Of a stretch of DNA of 64,000 bases, positions 10,499 to 22,000 are shown in pieces (the first letter of the stretch is position 1; the number at the start of each line of letters is the position of its first letter). The notes below the pieces were generated by a model. That model saw only the letters and a list, made by a program, of their open reading frames with translations. It had not been told where the DNA came from and searched no databases. The stretch lies in contig CBDBPB010000001.1 in the NCBI GenBank assembly GCA_965208615.1, positions 1-64,000 on the forward strand. Direction: 5' to 3'. A program made the position numbers and the translations under genes. The DNA is from Spirochaetota bacterium. GTDB taxonomy: Bacteria; Spirochaetota; UBA6919; CBDBPB01.

Positions 10499-10665
10499 TC
10501 TTCAAAAACAAGTTAAACCTATAGGTTTAATTCTAAATCTGAAAGCCTTATTGCCCGGCTAACCTAAAATAAATAATGATAATATCTTTTAATTTCTTAT
10601 ATTTTAATTAGTTTTAGTCTAAAACTAATTTTTTATAAAAACCTATTATTGAAGGTAAGTATATT

Positions 10666-11146
10666 ATTATCAAATGTTCTAGTAGGTTATAGTAAAAGCG
10701 TTATAGGTTTATCAATTTTTATAGATATAAACTGTTCTATTATTTTTAATTCACGTAGAAAATTACATATAAAGTCAATATAGAATATTCCGATAATCCG
10801 CTCTATACCTTTATGGAAAAGCAAATTCGTTATCACTTAATAAAGGTCCATAATTCTTAGTCTCAGTAAGGGATTCTTAATAGCTCTCGAAGTGATGACT
10901 ACTTGCATAAAAAGTGATATTTTGTGTTCATTACTAAAGTATTTAAGCAGCACTTAAAGAGCATAAAGGGATAACCTGCTTGATACAAGAAAATAGCTTT
11001 TCCATAAATATTTTAACTTTCCTGTTCCATAAAGAGATCTAAAATTCACTTCCCTTTACGTTATATGTCTTGCCTTTTTACCTTGTATGACTAGTCATAA
11101 CTCTATCATAAAATGATAACTAAATTATTAAATAATATCACTTTAA
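10666..11146 (-). ncRNA. Candidate structured RNA / non-coding dispersed element, copy A
   Basis: Reverse complement is ~90% identical without gaps to 42705-43185. No intact long ORF; helices are conserved between copies. The repeat is certain; the RNA call and strand are inference. Confidence 0.5.
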
Positions 11147-11454
11147 ATAACCTAATATCAAAAGAAAAATTATGCCGCCTTAACATTAACAAAAAAAAAT
11201 AAATATACCTTACTATCCCTAACTCAAAATCTGAACCTACATGTTTATATCTATATCTATTGTCAACAACCTAAACTTGATGAACTGACTGTTATCCTCT
11301 AAATAACCTAATATCAAAAGAAAAATTATGCCGCCTTAACATTAACAAAAAAAAATAAATATACCTTACTATCCCTAACTCAAAATCTGAACCTACATGT
11401 TTATATCTATATCTATTGTCAACAACCTAAACTTGATGAACTGACTGTTATCCT
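11144..11454 (-). repeat. 2 x 156-bp tandem repeat whose core is shared with the 201-bp array
   Basis: 11144-11298 is identical to 11300-11454; minus-strand core GTTGACAAT..ATATAAACATGTAGGTT.AGA.TTTGAGTTAGGG. Confidence 0.95.
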
Positions 11455-11644
11455 TCGAATTATAAACATTATAAATAACCCCCCTTCCCCTACTTTTTCC
11501 TCTTTAAAACTAGCCAAAAACGTTATTCTTAAAAATTGCCGTATTATCTAAAACCCGCTTGCTATTAACTCTAACTTTTAGATGAAAAATTATTATAACA
11601 TAATTCCTAAATAAATCTTATCTGTATTTTTTAAGTTTTAGATA

Positions 11645-11691
11645 TATAAGTTAGCTTAGAATATTTTTTATCTGCACTGTTAGAACAATTA
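11645..11691 (+). repeat. 47-bp dispersed intergenic repeat, copy 2
   Basis: 42/47 identical to 3058-3104. Confidence 0.85.
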
Positions 11692-11753
11692 ATAAAAACC
11701 TGTTAACAAGTTTTATATACTTTTATTATTTTTCATATAGAATGGAGATCAAA

Positions 11754-12671
11754 ATGAAGAAGTTAACAAACTTAATATTATTATTTATTCTACTGTCTTT
11801 TTCAGTCATCACTTTTACAAGCTGTGGGGATAAAAATCCTATTAATAATATATCTGGCACTGGTAAACCATGTAAAGGCAACTGGCTTGCGTTATCTGGC
11901 AATGGGATAGCTAAATCTGTTGATGGAATAAATTGGATAGAATGTAATGTTACTATTACTACTAAATTTTCTCAGCCCAGACCCATATTATATATCAAGG
12001 GTATATGGGTTACTATTAAAGTAAATCCTAATACTATCCTAACTTCACCTGACGGGATTACTTGGACTAAAAAAGAAGTTAGTGATAATAATGAGGCTAT
12101 TAACTCAATAGCTTATGGTAATAATAAGTTCGTTGCTGTGGGAGATGGTGGTACCATCCTAACTTCGGATGCCGGTGAAACCTGGACAAAACAAATAATT
12201 GAAGTAGATAATAATCTTAGATCAGTAGCTTATGGTAATAATAAGTTCGTTGCTGTGGGAGAGAAAGGTACTATCCTAACTACAATTGACGGTACAACAT
12301 GGGGAAAAATAAGTGAAGTAAATAATACTCTTAGATCAGTAGCTTATGGCAATAATCAGTGGATTGTTGGAGGACACCACTATACTAATACGGCTGATCC
12401 TACCCCCCCTACTGGGAAAACTAATGGTGCAATAATTTTAACATCAAATGACGGTACAACATGGAAGAAAAAATATATCTATAGAGACAATAATTTTGAT
12501 TTTATAATAGAACGACTGGTTAATGTTCGTAACACATGGGTTAGTACAATAGATAAAGGGATATCTGATACTGAAAGACCAAAGATTATTGTCACTTCAT
12601 CTAATAATGGACTTGATTGGGAATTAAAAGATACGACTGTACCCTTTTTGGCAATTGGGTATAAAAAGTAG
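11754..12671 (+). CDS. Lipoprotein with BNR/Asp-box beta-propeller repeats
   Basis: Lipobox TFTS-C; repeated AYGNNKFVAVG..GTILTS.DG.TW; GGAG RBS before ATG 11754. Confidence 0.85.
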   Translation: MKKLTNLILLFILLSFSVITFTSCGDKNPINNISGTGKPCKGNWLALSGNGIAKSVDGINWIECNVTITTKFSQPRPILYIKGIWVTIKVNPNTILTSPDGITWTKKEVSDNNEAINSIAYGNNKFVAVGDGGTILTSDAGETWTKQIIEVDNNLRSVAYGNNKFVAVGEKGTILTTIDGTTWGKISEVNNTLRSVAYGNNQWIVGGHHYTNTADPTPPTGKTNGAIILTSNDGTTWKKKYIYRDNNFDFIIERLVNVRNTWVSTIDKGISDTERPKIIVTSSNNGLDWELKDTTVPFLAIGYKK

Positions 12672-12697
12672 TATTTTTTTAAAATATGTTAATACAA

Positions 12698-12728
12698 AAA
12701 ACTAGCCCTTTATATGGGGCTAAGTTTT
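12698..12728 (+). terminator. Intrinsic terminator
   Basis: AAAAC-TAGCCCT...GGGGCTA-aGTTTT. Confidence 0.7.
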
Positions 12729-12748
12729 AAAACCGCTGTATAAAATCC

Positions 12749-12776
12749 TTGACTCTCAGTGACTAATGGCTATATT
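12749..12776 (+). promoter_or_regulatory. Possible sigma70 promoter
   Basis: TTGACT-16 nt-TATATT upstream of 12863. Confidence 0.4.
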
Positions 12777-12862
12777 TATGTTGGAGGCTAATTGTATTAG
12801 TTTAATTAGTTTTAGATTATATAATTTGCCTGTTTTACTTATCCACATTGATGAGGGCTGTA

Positions 12863-13069
12863 ATGACTAACTATGTTATAAGGATATTTGACAATAATAT
12901 AAAAACTAATTACATTGAAAGACTGTTTGAGGCTGAGGATAGCTTAGATGCTCTTGAAAAAATAAAAAGTGATAGTGATGTTCTTCGTGAGGCTAAGTTA
13001 AAACTATCGTCTAATAAGTCAATAGAGAGGCTTATTGATCATGGTTGTTTTGAATTAATAGAGGTATAG
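12863..13069 (+). CDS. Small hypothetical protein
   Basis: GAGGG RBS; abuts the start of the next gene. Confidence 0.6.
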   Translation: MTNYVIRIFDNNIKTNYIERLFEAEDSLDALEKIKSDSDVLREAKLKLSSNKSIERLIDHGCFELIEV

Positions 13070-13981
13070 TTGTCCATTACGTTGGCGGGTTATATTAGTA
13101 TTGACTCAGTAAGAACGCCTAAGGGCGAGGTTGATGGTTTATTGGGTGGAAGTGGAATTTATTCTGCTAATTCTGCATCTTTGCTTACTAAGGTAAATTT
13201 AATTACTATTGTTGGAAGTGACTTTCCAAAGGATGGTTTTAAGTTTTTGAGATCTAAGTCCGTTGATTTGGATGGTATACAAATTATTGACGGTGGGATT
13301 ACTGTTAGAACTAAGTATTTTTATAGTGAGAATAGTAATACTGTTGTTGATAGTAGTTTAAATGTTTTTAAACGTTTTAAACCTCGTATTCCAAAGAGTT
13401 ATACTAATTGTAATTTTTTACTTCTTTCGGCTATTGATCCCGACATACAGCTTATGATATTAAATAAAGTAGGCTGTCAAAGGGCTGTAGTGGTTAATAA
13501 TATTTCACATTGGCTCAACTCTAAGAGGGATAAGCTATTAAGCTTGTTAAACAAGATAGATATTCTACTACTCAACGAAAAAGAATTATCTACTCTTACT
13601 GATGAATATAATATTATAAAGGCTGGAAAAGCTTTATTAAGTAAGGGAATCAGGTATTTGATAGTTAAACAGGGTATTCATGGTGCAGTTATTTTTGCTG
13701 AGGACAACTATTTTTCTATACCTGCCTATCCCGTTGATGAAATTGTGGACATAACTGGTGTTGGGGATTCTTTTGCAGGTGCATTAGTTAGTTATTTGGA
13801 TAAAAAGAATGCTCTTACTTTTGACTATTTAAAAGAGGCTCTTATTTATGCTGTAATTCTATCCTCTTTTTGCATTGAGGATTTTGGTATTCATGGGATT
13901 AATAATATCACTCTCAAGGATGTTAAAAAGAGGTATAAGTTATTCAAGTCCTATACTAGTTTACCGTCTATCAGGGTTTAG
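13070..13981 (+). CDS. PfkB-family sugar/nucleoside kinase
   Basis: LGGSG, NEKE, VKQGIHG, DITGVGDSFAG. Confidence 0.9.
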   Translation: MSITLAGYISIDSVRTPKGEVDGLLGGSGIYSANSASLLTKVNLITIVGSDFPKDGFKFLRSKSVDLDGIQIIDGGITVRTKYFYSENSNTVVDSSLNVFKRFKPRIPKSYTNCNFLLLSAIDPDIQLMILNKVGCQRAVVVNNISHWLNSKRDKLLSLLNKIDILLLNEKELSTLTDEYNIIKAGKALLSKGIRYLIVKQGIHGAVIFAEDNYFSIPAYPVDEIVDITGVGDSFAGALVSYLDKKNALTFDYLKEALIYAVILSSFCIEDFGIHGINNITLKDVKKRYKLFKSYTSLPSIRV

Positions 13982-15073
13982 TTCATTTATAATTTTACTG
14001 CATACATAATTTATATTATTTTTATTACTTAGAATAGATTTTAGTTTATCGAAGTCTTTTTGCATATTTGAATATATTGCTTTATTATTTAGGATATTCA
14101 TTGCACTTTCGACTATGATATGCGGTTTAGCCTTAGACTGTATTAGTTCTGGGCTAACTTTTTTATTGAGTATTATATTTGGCAAGGCTATCATTTTCTT
14201 TTTTATTAGTAGTTTAGCTATACAGTAGGTTAATGGATTAACTTTGTATATGGTTATTAGGGGTACTCCTAAAAGGGCTAACTCTAAGGATGCTGTTCCA
14301 CTGCATACAATAGCTATCTTAGACTGTTTGTATGAGTTATAATTTCCTTGTTTTGTTAGTTTTATGTTTAAGTGTTTGTATTTTAGTATATGCTTTTTTA
14401 TTTGGACCAATATACCCTTGGATGCTACTGGGATTAAAAACTTAGCATTACATTTTTCATTAATTAACATAGCGGTTTTTAATAGGATTGGTAATAGATA
14501 TTTTACTTCTCTTTCACGGCTACCTGGGAGTATGGCTATAACATAGCCCTTATTGGATTGTACTACTATATTTTTAGTTAGTTTTATTAGGGGGTGTTCT
14601 ATATGTTCCACATGTCCCCCTGCGTTTTTGTATATTAGATAGTCTTTGTAGAACGGAGTGAACATCATAGTGGTTATGGATGATAGTTTTTTAGCGTTCC
14701 ACTTGCCCCATACAGACACCTGTGGTGGAAGATAATAAATAACGGGTATATTTAGTGATTTGCCTATTTTAGCTATTGGTATATTTAATCCTTGATTATC
14801 TATTAAGATGATTAGGTCTATGATATTGCTTTTTAAGTAGTTATATATTAGTTTTAGTTTAGGAGCAATCTTTATTGCGGGTATTATTGATTCTACTATT
14901 CCAACAGTGCTTAGGTTGGTAATATCCAATATTATATTAACTTTGGCTTTTTTTAGGTGTAGGCCGCCTATGCCCAACATCTTGACCGACGGATAAAGAG
15001 AATATATTGTTCTAGCCACATAAGAGGCCAAATAATCTCCTGATACCTCTCCAGCAGAAAAGAATATTCTCAA
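13961..15073 (-). CDS. lpxB: Lipid A disaccharide synthase
   Basis: SAGEVSGD, YYLPPQVSVW, HPL, LPGSR..E, SGTASLE, LPNI. Confidence 0.93.
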   Translation of the reverse strand: MRIFFSAGEVSGDYLASYVARTIYSLYPSVKMLGIGGLHLKKAKVNIILDITNLSTVGIVESIIPAIKIAPKLKLIYNYLKSNIIDLIILIDNQGLNIPIAKIGKSLNIPVIYYLPPQVSVWGKWNAKKLSSITTMMFTPFYKDYLIYKNAGGHVEHIEHPLIKLTKNIVVQSNKGYVIAILPGSREREVKYLLPILLKTAMLINEKCNAKFLIPVASKGILVQIKKHILKYKHLNIKLTKQGNYNSYKQSKIAIVCSGTASLELALLGVPLITIYKVNPLTYCIAKLLIKKKMIALPNIILNKKVSPELIQSKAKPHIIVESAMNILNNKAIYSNMQKDFDKLKSILSNKNNINYVCSKIINELNPDRR

Positions 15074-15081
15074 AACCTTTA

Positions 15082-15510
15082 TTATTTATCCATTATGGAT
15101 GCCACCATCTCAGCCTCACATACAACTTTATCATCCACATAGGATATGCCTTTAAACTTGCAAACCTTGCCTCCAAAACGGATAACCTCTATTTTATATT
15201 TAATTTGATCGCCTGGTACAACGGGTTTTCTAAACTTAATTTTATCTATACTGACAAAATATACCACTTTAGACTTAGGATCATCCAATCGCCTAAACAT
15301 TAAAACTCCGGCACACTGAGCCATACCCTCTACAATAAGCACTCCAGGCATAATGGGATGACCAGGAAAGTGTCCTTGAAAGAATGGTTCATTAATCGTT
15401 ACATTTTTTAAGCCTACTATTGTTTGTTCTTCTACGTCTATTATTCTATCCACCAGCAAAAACGGGTATCTATGGGGGATAAGCTCCATAATTTTTAAAA
15501 CGTCTTCCAT
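15082..15510 (-). CDS. fabZ: 3-hydroxyacyl-ACP dehydratase
   Basis: PHRYPFLLVD, GHFPGHPIMPGVLIVE, FRKPVVPGD. Confidence 0.98.
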   Translation of the reverse strand: MEDVLKIMELIPHRYPFLLVDRIIDVEEQTIVGLKNVTINEPFFQGHFPGHPIMPGVLIVEGMAQCAGVLMFRRLDDPKSKVVYFVSIDKIKFRKPVVPGDQIKYKIEVIRFGGKVCKFKGISYVDDKVVCEAEMVASIMDK

Positions 15511-15544
15511 AAATTATCTCCAAGGATTAGTTTTTACAGTTTAG

Positions 15545-16069
15545 TTAAGGATATTTCCTAACTAACTTAATTACTTGTTTTGTAATGTCAATCTGTTTAC
15601 TATAAGCTAAAACATCACTTTTATTTAGGACAATAGTATATTTATTTTTTTTTCTAACCTTTTCAATAGCCTTAAAAATACTTTTTAAAATAGGCTTTCT
15701 GAGTTTATCTTCTAGTAGTTTTAACTCTTTAGCTCTTTTTTTAGTTATGACATTTAGTTTTTCTCTTTTAGTTTTTATATTTCTAATCTTACGTTTTTTG
15801 TCTACTTCTTTTAGATTGTTTTTAAGTGACTCAAAGTGCTTTTCTATTTTTTTTAGTTCTTTTGTTTTAGTTTTTATCTCATTTAAATAGATATTCTTTT
15901 GTTTTTTTATTTTATTATACGCCCACTTTTTATATGGATGATTATTAAATACATATCTAAGGTTAACAACAGCAATAGTAAAAGGTTTTTTGTCATTTAC
16001 TGCCCCAGCCTTATTGACTATTAGAGATACCGTTAAAACCATTAATAGACTAATTAGTTTTTTTTTCAT
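15545..16069 (-). CDS. skp: OmpH/Skp periplasmic chaperone
   Basis: Signal peptide, IAVVN, basic coiled coil, DITKQVI; downstream of bamA. Confidence 0.85.
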   Translation of the reverse strand: MKKKLISLLMVLTVSLIVNKAGAVNDKKPFTIAVVNLRYVFNNHPYKKWAYNKIKKQKNIYLNEIKTKTKELKKIEKHFESLKNNLKEVDKKRKIRNIKTKREKLNVITKKRAKELKLLEDKLRKPILKSIFKAIEKVRKKNKYTIVLNKSDVLAYSKQIDITKQVIKLVRKYP

Positions 16070-16353
16070 AGAGTTACCATATTTATACCAAGATGATCTT
16101 TAAAGTTGACTAACATATTGTCATATCTCAAGTAATAATATTTTTATAGCGGCAATGTTCATGCTGATAATATTAGCTTCTAATTTATTATACAAGCTAA
16201 TATTATTAATTTATGAAAAGTAAAATACCACATCCAATTTGTTATTCAAAGAAAATAGAAAAATACTAAAAAAATCAAATGAAAGGAAAATTATTTTTAA
16301 GCCCTAAAAATAAATGCATTATATTGTCCTTAAAGAATTAGAGAGCTAGTGTT

Positions 16354-18723
16354 TTAAAAATATCCTCCAACAGTAAATACAGCTTCGATACCATCCCTAA
16401 AGCTAAACTTTTTATTTTTTATCTCTCCCAGTTTAGCAAAGTACAGTCTTATAGGGATTAATGGAATATGTATTCTAAAGCCAAAACCAAAGCTAAAATG
16501 GTTAATACTGGCTGGAAAGCTAGCTATTTCATCAGTTACATCTCCTGCATCAGCAAATAACACTCCCCAAAGGATCTCTTTAAATATAGGAAATCTAATT
16601 TCAAAGCTAAATGAAAGTTTACCTCCCTGTCCTACAACCTCTTCTTTGGTAGACTGTCTCCATCCTCTAAGTTCATTTAATCCATCGAATCTAAGTCTAT
16701 CATAGTCTCTCACTGAGAACTTGCCATCAAATTGCTTAAACATAATTTCATAGCTGGCAAAGAAAGCCAAAACTAATTCCCATACTGGATTAATATAAAA
16801 AGCATAACTATTTTCTATTTTAATCCAATGACTATCTCCTTGATAAAAGCCTCCAGTATATGAAATAAAGGCATTAATCTTCACACCATTTCTGGTATTT
16901 ATGTGTAAGTCTCTTGTATCAAAGATTAAGCCAATACGATGTGTCACTTTAATAAGATATCTACCGGCAGTTAAATCCTCATATAGTGAACGTCCTCTGA
17001 CTGTGTTGGAGTCCAAATCATTTATAGTAAAGTTAGTAGGAGACTCAGCCTTAGTTATAGACACTAACCAGCCGTTAGATACTGTCCAGTAATCATGAAA
17101 TGCATATCCAATATTTAAATCAACTTCAAATGCCCTTCGTTTATATGTATACTCTTTATTCTTAACCTTATTTGGATCTATACTATAATATGCGTTAACT
17201 TTATTTTGAATATATTTAACATTAGCACTAAATAATATAGGTATATATGGAATAAGCCATCTAGTAGAAGTACCTATATTTATAGAAAACTGTTTTTCAC
17301 CAACTTCTATTCTTTCACTAATTCTCCATCCAGTTCCAAAAAGATTCTTTTCTGTGACTTCTTCAAAAACAGAAAATCCAGCTACTGTTCCATAACCTAC
17401 ACCTGCACTTATTATTCCAGTTCTTTGTTCTTCTACTTTAAAGTTTAGGGATACAAGTCCATCATCTGATCCAGGTTCTGGATTAATATTTATATTACCA
17501 AAAAACTGGGTATTTTTAAGATTATTAACACTTTTTTTAATTTTCTTAAAATTATACATCTCCCCTTCGAATATCTCTAGCTCTTGATCAACGACCCAAA
17601 TTTTAGTTTTATCATTTCCTGAAATACGAATTGACTCAATATGAACTTTTTCACCTTCAATAATTTCAATTTCCCAGTTTAGTATATACTTTTTCTTATC
17701 CACAATTGGATTAGGCGTTATTAAAGCCTGGATATAACCTATATTGTTATATTCTTCTGTAATTTTTCGTAATCCTTGTTTTAGTTTTGAGTCGTTATAA
17801 GGATTACCTTTTTTTATTTTTATATGCTCATTCAATTGTTTACTATTAAAAATGGTATTACCAGAGAAATTAATCTCTCCCATTGTATATTTGTGTCCTT
17901 CTTCAATTTCTATAACTATAAAATACCCTTTTTCGGTATTACCCTGTTCGTTTGGATATACAAGTTCTTTTCTTATTTTAACAGATTTAACTTTACCATC
18001 CCAAAAGCTATTATTTTTCAAGTACTGAACAATTCTTTCTCTATCGGCAACAAGTTTATCGGGATCAAAAACCTCTCCTCCCCTAAACACGGTGGACTCC
18101 CTTGATAATATTTGATCATAAATATCATCAGGATCTAGGGTTTTAGTTCCAATAATTTTAATAGACTCAATAAAAACTTCTTTTCCCTCTTGTATTGTAA
18201 CAATAACATTAACTAGCTTTACATTAGCCCCTTTACGGGCTCTAACTTGAATAATACTTCCATCAAAGCCATGTTTTTTATATAATTCCGTAATATTTTT
18301 TTCATCTTCTATTATACTTGAGTTTTCATATATATTCCCAGGTTTTAGGATCATAACTCCGATAATATCTTTTTCACTAATGTCATCACTACCCTCTATG
18401 ACAACCGCTTCTACCTTTGGAAGTTCATCAAAAGTAAATATGACCACAACTTTATTGCCATCAGGCTCTACGTCAACAGATATTTTTTTAAATAAGCCAA
18501 GACCATGAAAATCTTTAAAGGTTTCTTTAATTGTATTAGAATTAAATTTATCTCCTTTATTAAAGTTGAGTCTAGCAATAATTAGGTCTTTGCTTGTATT
18601 TATGAGTCCTTTTAATTTAATATCCTTGACAATTTTGCCGTCAAACTGGTTTTTGTCTTGAGAAAAAGAATATGACGTTAAAAAAACTAACATAATTATC
18701 GAACTTAATAAAAGCTTAATCAA
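16354..18723 (-). CDS. bamA: Outer membrane protein assembly factor BamA
   Basis: POTRA repeats (ISGNDKTK), ELRGW loop motif, C-terminal F. Confidence 0.93.
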   Translation of the reverse strand: MIKLLLSSIIMLVFLTSYSFSQDKNQFDGKIVKDIKLKGLINTSKDLIIARLNFNKGDKFNSNTIKETFKDFHGLGLFKKISVDVEPDGNKVVVIFTFDELPKVEAVVIEGSDDISEKDIIGVMILKPGNIYENSSIIEDEKNITELYKKHGFDGSIIQVRARKGANVKLVNVIVTIQEGKEVFIESIKIIGTKTLDPDDIYDQILSRESTVFRGGEVFDPDKLVADRERIVQYLKNNSFWDGKVKSVKIRKELVYPNEQGNTEKGYFIVIEIEEGHKYTMGEINFSGNTIFNSKQLNEHIKIKKGNPYNDSKLKQGLRKITEEYNNIGYIQALITPNPIVDKKKYILNWEIEIIEGEKVHIESIRISGNDKTKIWVVDQELEIFEGEMYNFKKIKKSVNNLKNTQFFGNININPEPGSDDGLVSLNFKVEEQRTGIISAGVGYGTVAGFSVFEEVTEKNLFGTGWRISERIEVGEKQFSINIGTSTRWLIPYIPILFSANVKYIQNKVNAYYSIDPNKVKNKEYTYKRRAFEVDLNIGYAFHDYWTVSNGWLVSITKAESPTNFTINDLDSNTVRGRSLYEDLTAGRYLIKVTHRIGLIFDTRDLHINTRNGVKINAFISYTGGFYQGDSHWIKIENSYAFYINPVWELVLAFFASYEIMFKQFDGKFSVRDYDRLRFDGLNELRGWRQSTKEEVVGQGGKLSFSFEIRFPIFKEILWGVLFADAGDVTDEIASFPASINHFSFGFGFRIHIPLIPIRLYFAKLGEIKNKKFSFRDGIEAVFTVGGYF

Positions 18724-19063
18724 AAGTCTCTCCTTGGCTTAGAAACGCTATAACAATGCACATTTAGAGGTTAGTAGTTTTTTTTTAGTATTATAACAAG
18801 GTTTAAAGCCATATTTTAAAAGAATTATCACTAATAATACCCAATTCTACTATTGGGTTAATATTTCTATTTCTATTTTTATTTTAATAGTTAATTTATA
18901 AAATAATTACTAAATTTAAAACACTAATAAAAAAATAACATTTTTAAAGTGATTTACAAGTAGTTTTATATATTAATCAAAAATAGCTATAGATTATCAT
19001 ATCTAAACAAAATTACAGCTTTTTATTAATTTATTAAACCCTATTAACAGTTAGATTTTGGAG

Positions 19064-22000
19064 TTAAAATTCAATATTAATTTGGAGTTTAAATATTCCC
19101 TCATGTTTATCATCTTGATAGTCTTGTCTAAAGCGGTATTCAGAAGATAGTTGTAATTTAACAGTCTCAGACTCTATAGTTAATAATGGTAATAAGTCAA
19201 GTTCCAGTCCAAACTTCCATATTTTTTTTGTATCTGCACTTTCTTCAATATCCTGCAACAGCAAAAGACCGGTACTAGCATATATATCTTTTGTTATATA
19301 TTTTCCAATAGTTATTTCAGTATCACTTATGGGATTAATCCTGGATACTTTTGTAGGAAGTCCGTATTCATCAATACTGGGATCTCTTAAAAAAGTATTT
19401 TTTATAAATTTTTGTTTTATATTAAAAGTATCAATACCAAAAATCTCTTTTAGTTTTCTTTCAATTGGTCTTATTAGAGCAAGATTTAATGCCACATCAG
19501 CCGGTTTACTAACAGAACCCCTACTAGAAGGATAAAAATCTGAACTTCGTCTTTCTCTTTCACCTGCCTCACCACCTAATAATAAAGCAATTTCTCTAGG
19601 CGATTTAGACGGACTAGCATATAAGCTCTGACTAAGGAGTTCATCATCGTTAAGATCATCAACATTACCTTTTAGCTTTAGAAAAATACTTACTAAGCGA
19701 TTATTTTCGTCACGAACTTTTGTCTCAGCTTTTAGTTCAATTTGAGTTTTTTGTCCTTTAGACAGAATAAGCTTAGAACTAATTACCCTAAAGCTGTGGC
19801 CCAAATAATAAAACTCTCCTTTTTTGGATTCAATAATACCATCAAGCTCCAATTTATCATCCTTAAGGTCTTCGAGTTTTTTTCTTATTTTTAACCTACT
19901 GCCCTCTTTCAGGATAATCTCTCCAATAGACAAATTCTTACTACCAATATTAGCTTTAACATCATCCTCTATGATAAGCTCTAAAACGTCAAGATTAATT
20001 GTAGTAAGGAATGTTTTTTTAATTGATTTAATTCTCCTGCTACCAATATATCCAATTTCGCCGTCACTAAGATATACTTTTCCATCAAGGATAGCTTCTT
20101 TTTGATTGCCGTATAAATGAAGTTTAGCATTTATAAAGCCTTTATATTGTGCTATATCGGCTTCAATATCCAGGTTCATTTTTTTAGGAGTTTTTATATT
20201 AAAGTCAAAAGCAGTTATTCTCCATTTGGATATATCAAAATATCCAATGGCATTAACATTACCCTCGTTATATTCTGCAGAAGCCTTTATTTGATTATTA
20301 AAGTAGACTTTTTCATTGTTATAGGTTTTTGCATATGTTTTATCTTTATTAAATTTAACATCAATATTAATATTCTCAACAGGGTTATCTTGGTTATGTA
20401 GGTGTAGTAGTCCATTTTTAATTTTAAAATAGCCCTTTATCTTAGGATTAGCCCAGTTACCGACGATGTGGATATCTGAGATTATAGTTCCACCAGCTTT
20501 TTTAAATAATAGGGGGAGGCTATATAAAGAAATATCACCTGCCTGTATTTGAAAAAGGGTATCCATATTATTATTGTCAAAGTCAAAGCGTCCTTTGGAG
20601 TTAAAGTTTATATCTTTTCCGATATAGTTAAAATTATAGCTTATTAAGTTACTAAGCCACTGAAAGCCTCCTTTTATGTTAAAGGTATTAGACCATATTC
20701 TCCATTTAGAGCCTTCTGCTTTTGCTAAAAGCTCTATAGAAGGATGTTTAATTCCATTTAGCTCAGAATAGTTCGATATTAAGTTAACCTCTCCATACTT
20801 TTCATTTCTACCTCCGAAAATAGCTAAATCAGCCAAATATTTATTTTCTAAGAAGAAAAGTTTTAATTTGACATCCATATCTATATTCCAGTTCTTACCG
20901 CCGGAAAAAGAAAACTTATCAATATTAATAATACTTTTGTTAAAACTAATATTCCCTTCTCTAAAGGTTAACATATTATCAGAGTTGCTAAATAGTAACA
21001 GCGGTAAAAAATAGCTATCCTTCTTTATAGAAAGCGATCTATCACCAACTGAATATTTTACATCATCGAGTTTAAACTTTATTTTTTTCCAATAAAAGAC
21101 TATACTATCTATACTAAGACTGCTATTTGCATGTAGTTTATTAAAGTATTCTTCTATAGTTGCAGGCTTATCCTTGAGACTATATTTTATATTTTTTACT
21201 TGTAGAGCGCTATCCCCTATTTTAAAGTATCCATTTGCTATATTAATAAGTCTATCAGTTTTTTTAATAGATAGGTCAGCCAAAAAGGGTACTCCGGAGT
21301 AGGATCCCTTTTCAACTGTAATTCTAGGGGATAGTAGTTCTGGATTGTTAATATCCCCTTTTATACTAATTTCTCCATTAAGACTGCCTTGAATATCTTT
21401 ATCAAGATTCCTTAAGTCGAATTTGTTAAACCTAATAATAGAGTTAATGACCTCAGTATTTGAGTTATAAGCAATCTTTAAGCTAGATTTCTTTTTAACT
21501 CCTTCCAAATTAACTTTCCATATATTATCCCTATAATGAAAGTTACCTGTACTATCAAATATTTTACTATCATTTTTAGTTAATTTAAACGAATAGAGTA
21601 TCATTTCTACGGTTTGTTTTTCCTGACCAAAAGGGATATTATAGCTAAAGTTTGTTTCAACGCCAATTCCCTTAATAGCTAGGCCGTAAATATCTTTAAT
21701 TGTAATATCCCCGAAAGATGTTAGACCTTTTGGAGATATATCAACCTTAATTCCGTTATGACTATGTTTATTGCTTATAGTAATAGGAGTTAGATTAGAA
21801 GTCAAAAATATAAAGTCATCAAAAAATAGATTTAGACTAAGAAAAGAATATTTAGTATATTTTCCTTTAATTATTAATTGGTTGTTTATTATTCCATTTA
21901 TATCATAATGGCTGTTAAACTCTTCTATCCTGCCGGTCAAGTAATAGGGGATTCCTTTAGTAGCCTGACTATCGGGGTAATAGCTAATTTTGAATACTGG

